Source of the DNA: a virus
Reading direction: 5' to 3' (one strand)
Length of the DNA stretch: 64,000 bases
IMG/VR virus record: IMGVR_UViG_3300046665_000434
Coordinates: 90,262 to 154,261 of that record
The position numbers and the translations under genes were made by a program. Within the stretch, counting starts at the first letter, position 1. Each line of letters opens with the position of its first letter. The notes under the pieces were generated by a model, which was not told the origin of the DNA, did no database searches, and saw nothing but the letters and a program-made list of their open reading frames with translations. Of the stretch, positions 36,383 to 46,127 are shown piece by piece.

Positions 36383-38311
36383 ATGAGTCGACGCGATGAA
36401 CAACTTTGGGAAGATGTGTCTCAAGAGGTTATTGACTACATCAAACGCAAAGATAACGATCGTGATCTGAAAGGCACCTTGGTCGGCGAGCTGCGCTCTA
36501 AGTACTACGATGCAATGAGCGAAGATCGTTGGCGTTCTCGTGAGTTTGGTGATCTGGTTGATACCGTGGTCGCTTCCTTGCGAGAAGTCGAGGACAACTA
36601 TGCCCGTGAGGGTGACCGTAAGCGGGATATCATTGCGCAAGCTGCGCAGCTGATCGTTGATGGTCACTTTGCGGTACAGGTTCTCGATTCCAATGTGGCT
36701 CGTGAGCTGAAGAACGAGGTCTACGATGCGCTGCTCGATGCCAAGGATGAAGCTATCCGCATCGCTCGGCGCAGTTCTCGTGGAGATCGTGATGATGATC
36801 GTGACCGGGATCGCGATGGCCGTAACCCCTACGACGATCGACGCGATCGGGACAGGGATCGAGACCGTAATCGGGATCGCAGCAGTCGTCGCGATACTGG
36901 TACAAGCGGCCGCCGGCGTGAAACTACTGATGATGGCTGGGATATCCTGTCTGACATCGGTGATGACGATGATGACGATCGTCAGCGCGAGAAAGATCGC
37001 AAGTACCAGGATGAGATTCGGGAAGTGGATCTGCGGGATGATCGCAGCTATGCTCCAGAGCCTCTGCGGGAAGAACCGGTACGTCAGCCTCGGGTTACTA
37101 TCTCGACTGACGTGGACGGTCCAGATTACAGCCAGGCGAGTCCTTTCGAGGACTTCATTGAAGGTGGCGAGCGGTTTCGTGCAGCTCACCTGAGTGACTG
37201 GCAACTGACGCCTGATTTCGATCTGGATACTCCAGAACAGATCCGGCTCAGCGCTATTCCAACGCTGTACAACATCAACACCCACATCAAGTACTACGTG
37301 ATGGACGCCGAAGGTTGCGTCCGAGAGGAGTTTGAAAAAGTGACTGACGAAAACCGCCGTCTTGCTCATCAACTGCGCGAAGATCCTCGCGTAGAAGAAG
37401 TCTCTCGTCCACGTTCGGCCCGCGTTACTCTGACGCGTGACGACAGCGACCTCAGCCAACATCGTGAACAACGCCAAGCCGGTCAGTCGCTGGCTAAGCA
37501 GTTGGACGAAGTAGATATCAGCGAACTGAAGTTCTCGGCCACCAACATGGCTGACAGTTTGCCAGGTATCGTCTTCTCCGGTCAGATGGACATGATCGAC
37601 GGCGGCAACAAGCCGCGGGCTGGTCTGTACTTCCGTCGTTCGCCATTGGTCATCCGCGGTGAAGGCCAGCTGGACCTGATCGATCAGGTAAATGATACCA
37701 CCACCCTGACGGCTGCTGCTGACCGTATGGTCGAGCTGCGCGACAAGTTCGACAAGCCGATCTGGGAAACGCTCAACAAACGCTTCGCTGAAAACGTCCT
37801 GCGCGTCAGCCGGTATCAGTTCCAGTTCAACGGTGTTGCAAAGTTCAACTTCTCCAGCTCCTTCGGCCGATTCCTCCAGGCGTTCCGTGAAGCTCGTGGC
37901 AACGAAGAAACCAGTCTGTTCTCCCGTCGCATCATGCACGTCATCCAGGCGTCCTGTGCGCACATGCTGGTCGAAGACATCAACTTCAATGCCGACGACC
38001 TGATGAAAGGTCGTAAGGCTGACGCTCTGATGTTCACGGACTTCTTCGCGGTCATCAGCATCAACTCCACCCTGGACGATCTGGGCATCGGTAACGTGGT
38101 CAGCAACGAGCCGACTGGCGTGTCGATCGAATCGACTTCCAATGCCGATCTGTACAAGCAATTCCGCCGGATCTTCGACAAACTCGAAGACGAGGTCCCT
38201 GCACAAACCCGTGGTCGTCTGCTGATATCTACCGCCGACAATCGTCTGCTGGAAGTACACCCTTATTTCGGGGAGCACAAGGCGTACATCCTGTCCGCCG
38301 TCGAGCAGTAA
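36383..38311 (+). CDS. Conserved protein with an Arg/Asp (RD) dipeptide low-complexity region
   Basis: AGGAG SD; DRDDDRDRDRDGR..DRRDRDRDRDRNRDR. Confidence 0.8.
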   Translation: MSRRDEQLWEDVSQEVIDYIKRKDNDRDLKGTLVGELRSKYYDAMSEDRWRSREFGDLVDTVVASLREVEDNYAREGDRKRDIIAQAAQLIVDGHFAVQVLDSNVARELKNEVYDALLDAKDEAIRIARRSSRGDRDDDRDRDRDGRNPYDDRRDRDRDRDRNRDRSSRRDTGTSGRRRETTDDGWDILSDIGDDDDDDRQREKDRKYQDEIREVDLRDDRSYAPEPLREEPVRQPRVTISTDVDGPDYSQASPFEDFIEGGERFRAAHLSDWQLTPDFDLDTPEQIRLSAIPTLYNINTHIKYYVMDAEGCVREEFEKVTDENRRLAHQLREDPRVEEVSRPRSARVTLTRDDSDLSQHREQRQAGQSLAKQLDEVDISELKFSATNMADSLPGIVFSGQMDMIDGGNKPRAGLYFRRSPLVIRGEGQLDLIDQVNDTTTLTAAADRMVELRDKFDKPIWETLNKRFAENVLRVSRYQFQFNGVAKFNFSSSFGRFLQAFREARGNEETSLFSRRIMHVIQASCAHMLVEDINFNADDLMKGRKADALMFTDFFAVISINSTLDDLGIGNVVSNEPTGVSIESTSNADLYKQFRRIFDKLEDEVPAQTRGRLLISTADNRLLEVHPYFGEHKAYILSAVEQ

Positions 38312-38435
38312 TTCCGCAGGCGCTCGCCTCGTCAGCACGGCGCTAGCATCCGCAGACACCACTCCACATCCATCACTCTAATCGCACTGATATAGTGCCA
38401 GGACGAATCCGTAGGCCCTTAACCGGGTCTACGGT

Positions 38436-38463
38436 GCACTATCCGTCGGGTAGTGTTTTTTTT
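38436..38463 (+). terminator. Intrinsic terminator
   Basis: GCACTATCC-GTC-GGGTAGTGT plus T tract. Confidence 0.75.
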
Positions 38464-38483
38464 GTTGTCGTGAGGGTTTATTG

Positions 38484-39128
38484 ATGTCGAGTCTTATCGA
38501 GCGGATGGCCTTTGGTGATCTGACCTCTCCTTCGTTTGAAGGAAGCGGGATTGAATACGAAGTAGAGATCTATCTGGAAAACTTCGATCTATCCCAGATA
38601 CAAGCTATGGCTTCTTCTAAGGAGCATCAAGAGCAATGGGGTATCTACGTTCCAAAGACTGATCAGAACGCCTCTGGCGGCTCTCTGAGGGTCAGGAAGA
38701 CTATCTTCCAAGACGGTACTACACTGCTGGAAGATTGCTGCAAGACAGAACTGGGCGAAAACGGTAAATTCGAGGACGAGAGTACTGTCTCCGAAGCCCG
38801 CTTCAAACAGTTCGAACTACTGGCTGACCAAGGGTTGATCAAGGTGCGATACGTCGTCCCTTCTGAAACTCGTGTCGGTGTGGCGTTCAAATACGAAGTT
38901 GATGTCTTCTACAACAAGGCCGGTGAATTGGTCCCTTGGGCAAAGGTCGATGTTGAGTTCGAGAAAGGTACGGTCTTGTCTCCGGATGAGATCCCATTCA
39001 CTCGCGATACTTTGCTCTTCGTCACGCCTGAAGATAAGGCTGCTGACAAGGACGGTATCCGGGCTAAGGTGGGAGCGATGTACAAGAAGTACTTCTGCGC
39101 TACCAACAAGTTTGTATCGGCTGAATAA
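38484..39128 (+). CDS. CYTH / triphosphate tunnel metalloenzyme-like protein
   Basis: IEYEVE (ExExK-like), LRVRK, IKVRY, YEVDVF, KVDVEF. Confidence 0.7.
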   Translation: MSSLIERMAFGDLTSPSFEGSGIEYEVEIYLENFDLSQIQAMASSKEHQEQWGIYVPKTDQNASGGSLRVRKTIFQDGTTLLEDCCKTELGENGKFEDESTVSEARFKQFELLADQGLIKVRYVVPSETRVGVAFKYEVDVFYNKAGELVPWAKVDVEFEKGTVLSPDEIPFTRDTLLFVTPEDKAADKDGIRAKVGAMYKKYFCATNKFVSAE

Positions 39129-39135
39129 AGATAAG

Positions 39136-39167
39136 GCATACAGCGGGGCGTAAGCCCCGCTGTATGC
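39136..39167. terminator. Bidirectional CATA..TATG hairpin terminator
   Basis: GCATACAGCGGGGC-GTAA-GCCCCGCTGTATGC between convergent genes. Confidence 0.85.
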
Positions 39168-39175
39168 TCGATGGA

Positions 39176-39604
39176 TCAAGTTCCAGGTACGTTTGGCAAG
39201 AACGCAGAGATCACCAACTTGAGGATCTCAACAATTTGGCTGGTATCACCAACTCTTGCGACGATATAGAGCACAATCACTGCAAACATGAACACGGCCA
39301 CTTTCGTAATAGCCGCAGACATGTGTTCCAATGCTTGTGGATCGATGGCAACCACTGGAGCTGCTGGAGCAGGCGGAATCCTGGAACCACCCCCTGCTGC
39401 GATTTCCGATGAGAATACCATCTCCTTAGTTGCGGCGTCCAGCGTGTCAATAGCTTGCTGGATCTGCAATGGCTCGGCAGTCTGTGGGTCAAGCTGACTC
39501 TCAGGAGGCAGAAAACCGTTTATCAGTCTAACCAAGGTCCCTTCCCAGGGAAACCCCACATCCGGGTTGTTGACCATCAGCACAATAGCTTCTCGAACGT
39601 TCAT
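39176..39604 (-). CDS. Membrane protein
   Basis: C-terminal hydrophobic helices; GGGAG SD. Confidence 0.7.
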   Translation of the reverse strand: MNVREAIVLMVNNPDVGFPWEGTLVRLINGFLPPESQLDPQTAEPLQIQQAIDTLDAATKEMVFSSEIAAGGGSRIPPAPAAPVVAIDPQALEHMSAAITKVAVFMFAVIVLYIVARVGDTSQIVEILKLVISAFLPNVPGT

Positions 39605-39669
39605 GTGAACTCCCGGATGTCAAGTGTTGATGAGTGTGAAGATTTGTCTTCATCTTATATTGTAGCAGT

Positions 39670-40272
39670 TTAGCTGAACGCGCGACTAGCCTCGTAAACG
39701 AGGTATTGCTCTACACTGATCCCATCGATACAGTGCTCATCAAGTCTACTAAGATCGATACCGACAGTCGATAAGATCTTAGGATTGTCCAAGATGAAAC
39801 GCCTGATGTCTTCCTTGGTTGTTTTGTCAGGGCCTTTTGTCACGTACATCCCCGGTGGACAAGCGGCCTTCTTTGCCTTGCCTGGCGGAACCTTGATGAA
39901 ATCAAGAGTCTTGCTGTACCGATATACTGCATCGTCAATGACATCCATCGATTTACACAGCTTACGGAATACATCAATGCCCAAGTGAGAGAATGGAGAT
40001 TCGATGCCAAATACATCAGGATCAAACTCTTCACAAACATCCGTGATGAAAGGCCCAATCGTTGCAAGCCTTGCCTCGAGGCGTCCACGGTTATCAGCGA
40101 GGCCAGCGAAACGTGTATACGCCCCGCGGCTAGCCGACAGGGTTTTTGCGAAGATGATGTCTGACACACCCGTCATCAGGTTGTGATCTGACACAATCAC
40201 TCCAACAGTGTCTGTCCCGTTATCAACACCGCACATTCGGTAGTTCCAACCATCTCTGCCGATATTGATCAT
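39670..40272 (-). CDS. ruvC: RuvC-like Holliday junction resolvase
   Basis: CGVDNG, GIESPF, PPGKAKKA, TTKEDI, DEHCIDGI. Confidence 0.8.
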   Translation of the reverse strand: MINIGRDGWNYRMCGVDNGTDTVGVIVSDHNLMTGVSDIIFAKTLSASRGAYTRFAGLADNRGRLEARLATIGPFITDVCEEFDPDVFGIESPFSHLGIDVFRKLCKSMDVIDDAVYRYSKTLDFIKVPPGKAKKAACPPGMYVTKGPDKTTKEDIRRFILDNPKILSTVGIDLSRLDEHCIDGISVEQYLVYEASRAFS

Positions 40273-40323
40273 GACATCTAGGGTGCTTTTATTGTTTATA
40301 GCACCCTCTCCATTCTCACATAC

Positions 40324-41226
40324 TTAAACGTTCTGGGTAGCGAAGTCAGTACCGATTGTTTCAAGAGTCGGGATAGACATCGTGCCCAGCAGTGGGATCT
40401 GACAACCGACGTCAAACGTCAGGTTCAGTTCTTGCGTGTTGTAGAACACAGCCTTGTAGTCAGCAGCGAAAGCGTAAGCCTGAACACCGATGGCTTCCAT
40501 GAAGTTGACCGAGCCGGCAGTGGACGGGACGCTGATCTGACGGTTCACCGCAGTGTTCAGGCAGAACTCGCTCCAGATCGCATAACGCTCATCACCGTTG
40601 TACAGGATCTTGATGGCGTTGATATATTCGGTGATCACGTTCTCAGTCATGCTGACTGGGAGCAGAGCACGTACGCCGACGCTGACGTCTGTCGTGGTGA
40701 CAGCGCCAGTAGGTGGTAGCTCGACGCCCTCAGGATAGAGGTTGGAGGTGCTAGGCACGAACGGTACTTCGATGTCAGGCTGATCAGGCTCTTTGGTGAT
40801 GATCAGCGTTTCCACGTTGACATCTTCCAAGTTGGTATCGATCCGCAGGCCGTAGTAGGCGTAGTAGTTGATACCATTGAACAGCAGCTCTTTACGCAGC
40901 GCATAGCGAGCGCGGGCGTTAATGTCGAAGTCGTTATCGACCTCACGCAGAGCGAACGGTACAGGGCCGTACAGAGAGGCGTCGGTGGCCATGTGGTCTT
41001 TGATGGAGGTCAGGGGAATACCTTCAACCCCAACAGCCATCAAGTGGCCCTTGTTACCGGCAGTCAAGATGCCGAGCATCAGCTTTTCGCCAGCAACTGG
41101 CTTCGCTGTAGCTTGAATATCGAGACGTTCGTTCATGGTGCTGTGCGGCTGGGGATCGCTCACCTGACCCAACAACATCTTGACCATGTTCCGAAGTCCA
41201 TAAATGGCGTTTTGCGTCGTGTTCAT
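40324..41226 (-). CDS. Conserved virion (tail/baseplate) protein, phiKZ gp139-like
   Basis: TMNERL..GNKGH..H.A.DASLY..VPF.LR...ND......RYALR pattern; synteny with RuvC. Confidence 0.6.
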   Translation of the reverse strand: MNTTQNAIYGLRNMVKMLLGQVSDPQPHSTMNERLDIQATAKPVAGEKLMLGILTAGNKGHLMAVGVEGIPLTSIKDHMATDASLYGPVPFALREVDNDFDINARARYALRKELLFNGINYYAYYGLRIDTNLEDVNVETLIITKEPDQPDIEVPFVPSTSNLYPEGVELPPTGAVTTTDVSVGVRALLPVSMTENVITEYINAIKILYNGDERYAIWSEFCLNTAVNRQISVPSTAGSVNFMEAIGVQAYAFAADYKAVFYNTQELNLTFDVGCQIPLLGTMSIPTLETIGTDFATQNV

Positions 41227-41235
41227 GAGGGGTCC

Positions 41236-42273
41236 TTAATGCTGGAATACGGTCATTACGTGGGAGCGATCGTACAGCAGATCACTAGGAGTGTTCGTGT
41301 CGGCGTACCGGTAAGCGATCTTCAGCAAACCAGTCAGGTTGCCGCACAACTCACCCAGATTGATGGCAATGACGTAGTTATACGCTTGCACATGACTAGG
41401 GAAGTCCTTGCTGACGAACCCGTTGTAAACAACTTCACTACCACGTAGATTGAAATCAACCTGTTGTCCATCGACTGCAACCCAAGGATCACCCGTCAAT
41501 TGCGACAAAATAGCAGCCAGTGTGGTATCGGTGCCGAGGATCGTGCCTTTAGCAATACCGTAGAGCACTGACTCGTAAGCCCGACGTTCCTTGTGACTGA
41601 TACCTTGCTCACAGAGCAGATACACGCCATTCGGTGTCAGGAGATCCACGCGAGGAAGATCGTAGCTACCAGTCTTGTAGAACTCTCGGAGATCCATCCG
41701 AGAATCAATACTGGTGCCAAGCCCTTCTATCGCCCGGCGGGTATGTACTTTGATGTTACCGTACCAGAGTAGGTGGCCGGGTAGCATGGCCAGTACGTAG
41801 TTACGGTTGTCTAGAGCAGGCGGGAATGGCTCGACAACTTCGCTGTCTTCTTCATCGACTGCATCAAAGGACGGGATCTCATGCACTGGCGTGATGTCTA
41901 CCAATGAACGAGAGATCAGGTTTAACTCAGAGACATCCTTTTCGATCAGGATACCGTACTGTTCGAGGATCGCCTGATAGACAGCCTCTTCAGTATGTTC
42001 CTTCACCCAGATCACGAAAGGACCGCCAATCAACATGGCGATATCTACCCGGTTATAACGAAAGGGTGCTTTGTCAGAAGTCCAGCCAGTTGGATCAACG
42101 AACATGAGATCAACAGTACTCAGTCCAGTCGGTTCCAACAGTGCAGGCAAGCCAAAGCTGATTTGCTCTGGTGCAAACAGGCGGTCGTTCTTATAGTTGA
42201 TGAAATCAACCAATTGCTCTTTCGAGGGCTTGCTAAACGGAAATAGGACAGGCTCTCTTTTACGGTGCATCAC
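41236..42273 (-). CDS. Virion protein, family module + C-domain
   Basis: LVDFINYKN..ISFGLP..FRYNRVDI; C-terminus like 18124 (TGDPW..FNLRGSEVVYNG). Confidence 0.75.
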   Translation of the reverse strand: MMHRKREPVLFPFSKPSKEQLVDFINYKNDRLFAPEQISFGLPALLEPTGLSTVDLMFVDPTGWTSDKAPFRYNRVDIAMLIGGPFVIWVKEHTEEAVYQAILEQYGILIEKDVSELNLISRSLVDITPVHEIPSFDAVDEEDSEVVEPFPPALDNRNYVLAMLPGHLLWYGNIKVHTRRAIEGLGTSIDSRMDLREFYKTGSYDLPRVDLLTPNGVYLLCEQGISHKERRAYESVLYGIAKGTILGTDTTLAAILSQLTGDPWVAVDGQQVDFNLRGSEVVYNGFVSKDFPSHVQAYNYVIAINLGELCGNLTGLLKIAYRYADTNTPSDLLYDRSHVMTVFQH

Positions 42274-42301
42274 AAGCCTCCGGGCTATTGGCGCGTCACC
42301 A

Positions 42302-42883
42302 CTAACTAGGCACTGCGTAAGTCAAACCGTCCATCACCACAGAAGGGATGGCGACAGTAAGATCTACTATCTGGTCAAAGTCAGGTGGAGTCAGACCGTT
42401 AAGAATGTTGACAGGGAACGCGTCTGCAAGGCTAGGTTCCTCTACAGGCTCGTTGAGCGCTATTGTGGCTTCACCAACCCATCTCAATGACTGAGGTTTG
42501 GCTTTGAGCACGAACGAATTCGTACTGATAACACCATTCTCAAAATCATCAGTCGTCCAAGCCATGCCAGAGGCAACAGCGAGGTTCGTCATGATTCCGT
42601 AGATCGTCAGAGGAGGATCGAGGTCAAGGACTGCATTACCAAAGATCGTCGCTACATTGATCCTATCGTAGGTATACTCGAGTGTCCCGGTGTGGCGTCG
42701 ATAGATAATCTCATCCGTCGAGTCATGGGTCGAGATAAGAACTTTGGTCCGAGTCCCCTCAATAGCCTCAGGCGCACCGACACTGGCGTGCTGAGGCATG
42801 AGGTTCAAGTTGAGTTGGTTGTTCGCCATGATCAATAGTGCCACGGCAGGATCGTATTTCAATAACCGTAGCGTGTCAGTCAT
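42302..42883 (-). CDS. Virion protein, family module
   Basis: RTKVLI..G...YTYDRINV..SLRWVG..ILNGL. Confidence 0.75.
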   Translation of the reverse strand: MTDTLRLLKYDPAVALLIMANNQLNLNLMPQHASVGAPEAIEGTRTKVLISTHDSTDEIIYRRHTGTLEYTYDRINVATIFGNAVLDLDPPLTIYGIMTNLAVASGMAWTTDDFENGVISTNSFVLKAKPQSLRWVGEATIALNEPVEEPSLADAFPVNILNGLTPPDFDQIVDLTVAIPSVVMDGLTYAVPS

Positions 42884-42902
42884 GGTGGCATCCGTAGGTT
42901 AC

Positions 42903-43856
42903 TCAAGTCGTCACAGTGTATTCGACGAGCACCGGACCTACGTAGGCCAAGGAGTTATCATCGAAGAACACTACGAGCTTGTTTTTCCCCACTGCATTGC
43001 TGGGGAAGGGTTCCGGGCGAATATCGGAAGGTTCGATGTCACAGCCCAACTCATCCCCTAGCATTTTAGCCAGATCAGTGTGGTTGGTCTTGCGAGGACC
43101 TTTGAGTTTGACAGAGTACCTGAACGTCCTTGGGAACGAACGACGTCCATAGAAGACCGTGATCGTGCCGACATACGGAGCACCCGTGAAGGTCATCGTG
43201 ATCGAGGTGTTATCCCCGTTCTCGTCAGGACCATTCATTGTCGGGTTACCGAGTACCATCATTGCTGAGGTCACTGGGGTCGGTAGCCGATCAGCGTTAC
43301 CCATGTTCAGATAAGTCACCAATCGGCCTTTCACATCGGCAGAACGATATTCCGTATTGAAGCTGAAGGTATACCGATCCACAGCGATCAGGTGACCGAT
43401 CTCAATCCCGGCCATCGCAAGCGTTGCACGCATCTCACCTACCCAGCGCCACGACAACTCACCTGCAAGGATATCGATCGGTCCAAACGACAGGAACATC
43501 GAAGGGACCAAGTCATTGCTGGCAATAGGGATGGCGTAGGGGAAGAAGATATTGCGCAGTACAGAATCGCCAGTGATGGGCGTAATCGCTTTGACTGTCT
43601 TGTTGAGGCCGGAAGTGAAAGCATTTAGATCGATACGATCGTAAGTGAAGTCATGGGTTCCGACTCGGTCCCACAGGTTGAGTGGGGTCCTGCTCTTATC
43701 GACAGACACAGTGACCAGCGTCTTCAGACCTCCCAACGATTTCGGTGGTTCGATCTTTAGATAGCTGGATTTTAGGGGTGCTTTCAACCTCTCCCCTATT
43801 TGCGCCTTCAGCGCATCTAAGGGATGCATCGTAAGGAGCAACTCTGGAGCCGTCAT
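42903..43856 (-). CDS. Virion protein, two tandem family modules
   Basis: FTYDRIDL..SWRWVG, then NTSITM..YVGTITVFYGRR..SLAYVG. Confidence 0.75.
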   Translation of the reverse strand: MTAPELLLTMHPLDALKAQIGERLKAPLKSSYLKIEPPKSLGGLKTLVTVSVDKSRTPLNLWDRVGTHDFTYDRIDLNAFTSGLNKTVKAITPITGDSVLRNIFFPYAIPIASNDLVPSMFLSFGPIDILAGELSWRWVGEMRATLAMAGIEIGHLIAVDRYTFSFNTEYRSADVKGRLVTYLNMGNADRLPTPVTSAMMVLGNPTMNGPDENGDNTSITMTFTGAPYVGTITVFYGRRSFPRTFRYSVKLKGPRKTNHTDLAKMLGDELGCDIEPSDIRPEPFPSNAVGKNKLVVFFDDNSLAYVGPVLVEYTVTT

Positions 43857-43865
43857 GGCGCATCC

Positions 43866-46094
43866 TCAAATTTTCAGCAGTAGTTTCCGCCTAGCTTCAG
43901 TCAGTAGATCGTAACCTGACAACTCTGACGAGATGACAAGATCTGATAGGTCTTGCTCAGGTATAGGGAGATACCCGGCGACCCCTGTCTGTGCATATGC
44001 CGATAGATCCGTTACCGGCGGACGAAGTAGCCCAACCCCAGGTGCTGACAGCGGGATAGAGTTCGGGTGACTACCAGAACCCACCAGCTTGACCGGAACA
44101 CATACCGGAACATGGATTGTTTGTTCTTCTGTCCGCGTCTCAAATTTAATGCAGGGCGGCTTTGTCGGCATTTTGATCTGTTCAGACTCGATCGCATGCA
44201 CATCCATGATTTCTGGAAATGTGATCTCGATAGGGATATCTTCCGTCAGCAACTCAATGGTCTTAGAGAGCTTAGGGAATTTACCATCGATGATCTTGAT
44301 CGGACTATCATTGATCTGGCCAATGTACTGCACAGAGTACGACGAGAGAGTGCGCATGATCCGAAGCATGGCTGCATGGATCTCACGTACGGCACTGACG
44401 TTACTGACGTCAACCCCTGTCGCAGTCTGCAAGATATCGGTAGCCATCTGAGCGTACTCAAGATGTCCCATCGACGAGGTGTCGATACCGTTATCTTTCA
44501 ACCACAGATCGTAGTCCTGCTCGCCAGCGAGGTCGATCCTGATGTCCATGTAGCATCGGTCAATCACCCGGTGCAGTTCGCCTTCCACTTTATAGTCACC
44601 GTTATAGTGACGCATATTGCGGTGCTTGATCATGACATCATGCACGTCCTGACACATCTCATTGAACGATTCAGTCGAGACATATCGACTGATCGGCACC
44701 TGAGTCTCGAGGATGTACCTCAAGTAGTAGTTAGGGACGCGACTCTTGTTAACCGCGCCCTGCAATTCAGCGAGGGTCGGTAACGGGATACGACGAACGC
44801 GGCGAGCACCGATGACTGGCACCTTGATCAACTCAATCCCGTTTGCCATGTTAAAAGCATAGAGATAAAAGATGAACGCGTTCTTCACGCTCAGGCTATA
44901 CAGATCCCCGTTACCGGGGTTGATGAACCTGACGACCGACGTGTATCGATCATAGTGCGACAGATAGATCCAATGGTTGAGCAGTACTTCAGTGATGGTA
45001 AATGGTTCTGCATCACTGCGGTCGACTACGTTCGATTCCAACACCTTGGTAGGTAATTGGTTGAAGAGCGACACCTGCATCTTCTGGATAGCTTCTTTCT
45101 CGATGTCGTCCCGAACGATCGGGTTATCTCGAGCCAGCGGCAGTTCCAGGTCAAGCAATTCACCAACAGTCTTCTCGTTAGATCCCGCCGCAGGATCAAT
45201 CCCGTTGATAGTGAAGCGATCCAATTGAATGGTAGGCTTCAGCGTATCTTCAAGTTTGTCATACGTCTGGCTGATGTTATACCCAGCCAACGAGAACCCA
45301 CGATCAGTCAGGATCTTTTGTGTCAACCACTCGAACGTCTCACGACGACCCAGATTACGGTTGAGGTAGAGGATGTTCCGATAAAGGAACAGTCTCTGCT
45401 TCATGGTCATGTAGTCAAACTCAAGACCAACCGCATTGTTGTGGGACAACAGATACTGACGAATGTGGTACGTGTGAGCTTGCTGTGTCTTACAGCAGCG
45501 CAGACGACTGTTGAGTACTTCAAGAACCAGCTTCGAGTACAGTCCACTGATCAACAGCGGGTAGTAGTACGGTTCAAACAATCCGTAGTCCGGGTTATCG
45601 TACCGGTTAAAGTACAACGACACGTACCGTTGCAAGTCAGGCAACAGCCGCTGTTCTTGCGCTTCTACGAGGGAGGTATCGTAGGAGAGGATTGTATGGT
45701 CATCCGCCCCGATCGCTGTGTCTATGTTTATCGGGTTGATGATACCGTTTATTAGCATTTCTTGATCGGGGTACGCATCACGCAGGTCGTTGTAATAGCG
45801 ACTTCCGTACGTGTACTCTTTGCGAGTAGCGCGGTGGATCAAGAGGTTGGCTTTAGTGAAATCAATCGTCTCCTGAGTATCAAGCGAAGTCACCTGCATG
45901 ACCGTGTTCGTGGCGTGATAAACGCCAGACAGGTTGAGGTAGTACTTCCAGCTGTAAGGATCATCAGGATCGACAACGTTCCCCAGTTGTATCAGCCGGG
46001 TATTGATTGCTGTAGCCGTGTATTTACTTTTGATCACCAGCGTCGCTACAAGCTTGATGACGCTCAAGATGTAAAGCCTGTAGTAGGCGTTCAT
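43866..46094 (-). CDS. Conserved virion protein (phiKZ gp128-like, possibly baseplate)
   Basis: Start reassigned to MNAYY (46094); P.SWKYYLNLSG.YH motif; divergent from the portal gene as in phiKZ. Confidence 0.65.
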   Translation of the reverse strand: MNAYYRLYILSVIKLVATLVIKSKYTATAINTRLIQLGNVVDPDDPYSWKYYLNLSGVYHATNTVMQVTSLDTQETIDFTKANLLIHRATRKEYTYGSRYYNDLRDAYPDQEMLINGIINPINIDTAIGADDHTILSYDTSLVEAQEQRLLPDLQRYVSLYFNRYDNPDYGLFEPYYYPLLISGLYSKLVLEVLNSRLRCCKTQQAHTYHIRQYLLSHNNAVGLEFDYMTMKQRLFLYRNILYLNRNLGRRETFEWLTQKILTDRGFSLAGYNISQTYDKLEDTLKPTIQLDRFTINGIDPAAGSNEKTVGELLDLELPLARDNPIVRDDIEKEAIQKMQVSLFNQLPTKVLESNVVDRSDAEPFTITEVLLNHWIYLSHYDRYTSVVRFINPGNGDLYSLSVKNAFIFYLYAFNMANGIELIKVPVIGARRVRRIPLPTLAELQGAVNKSRVPNYYLRYILETQVPISRYVSTESFNEMCQDVHDVMIKHRNMRHYNGDYKVEGELHRVIDRCYMDIRIDLAGEQDYDLWLKDNGIDTSSMGHLEYAQMATDILQTATGVDVSNVSAVREIHAAMLRIMRTLSSYSVQYIGQINDSPIKIIDGKFPKLSKTIELLTEDIPIEITFPEIMDVHAIESEQIKMPTKPPCIKFETRTEEQTIHVPVCVPVKLVGSGSHPNSIPLSAPGVGLLRPPVTDLSAYAQTGVAGYLPIPEQDLSDLVISSELSGYDLLTEARRKLLLKI

Positions 46095-46127
46095 GACATG
46101 GCCCCGATCTGGAAAGGAGAGGAGTAG

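Noticed and set aside
36353-38362. 669-aa antisense ORF over the RD protein
   Set aside because: Same shadow effect
38384-38434. Possible hammerhead ribozyme (CTGAT...CGAA)
   Set aside because: The CUGANGA and GAAA core nucleotides are not matched
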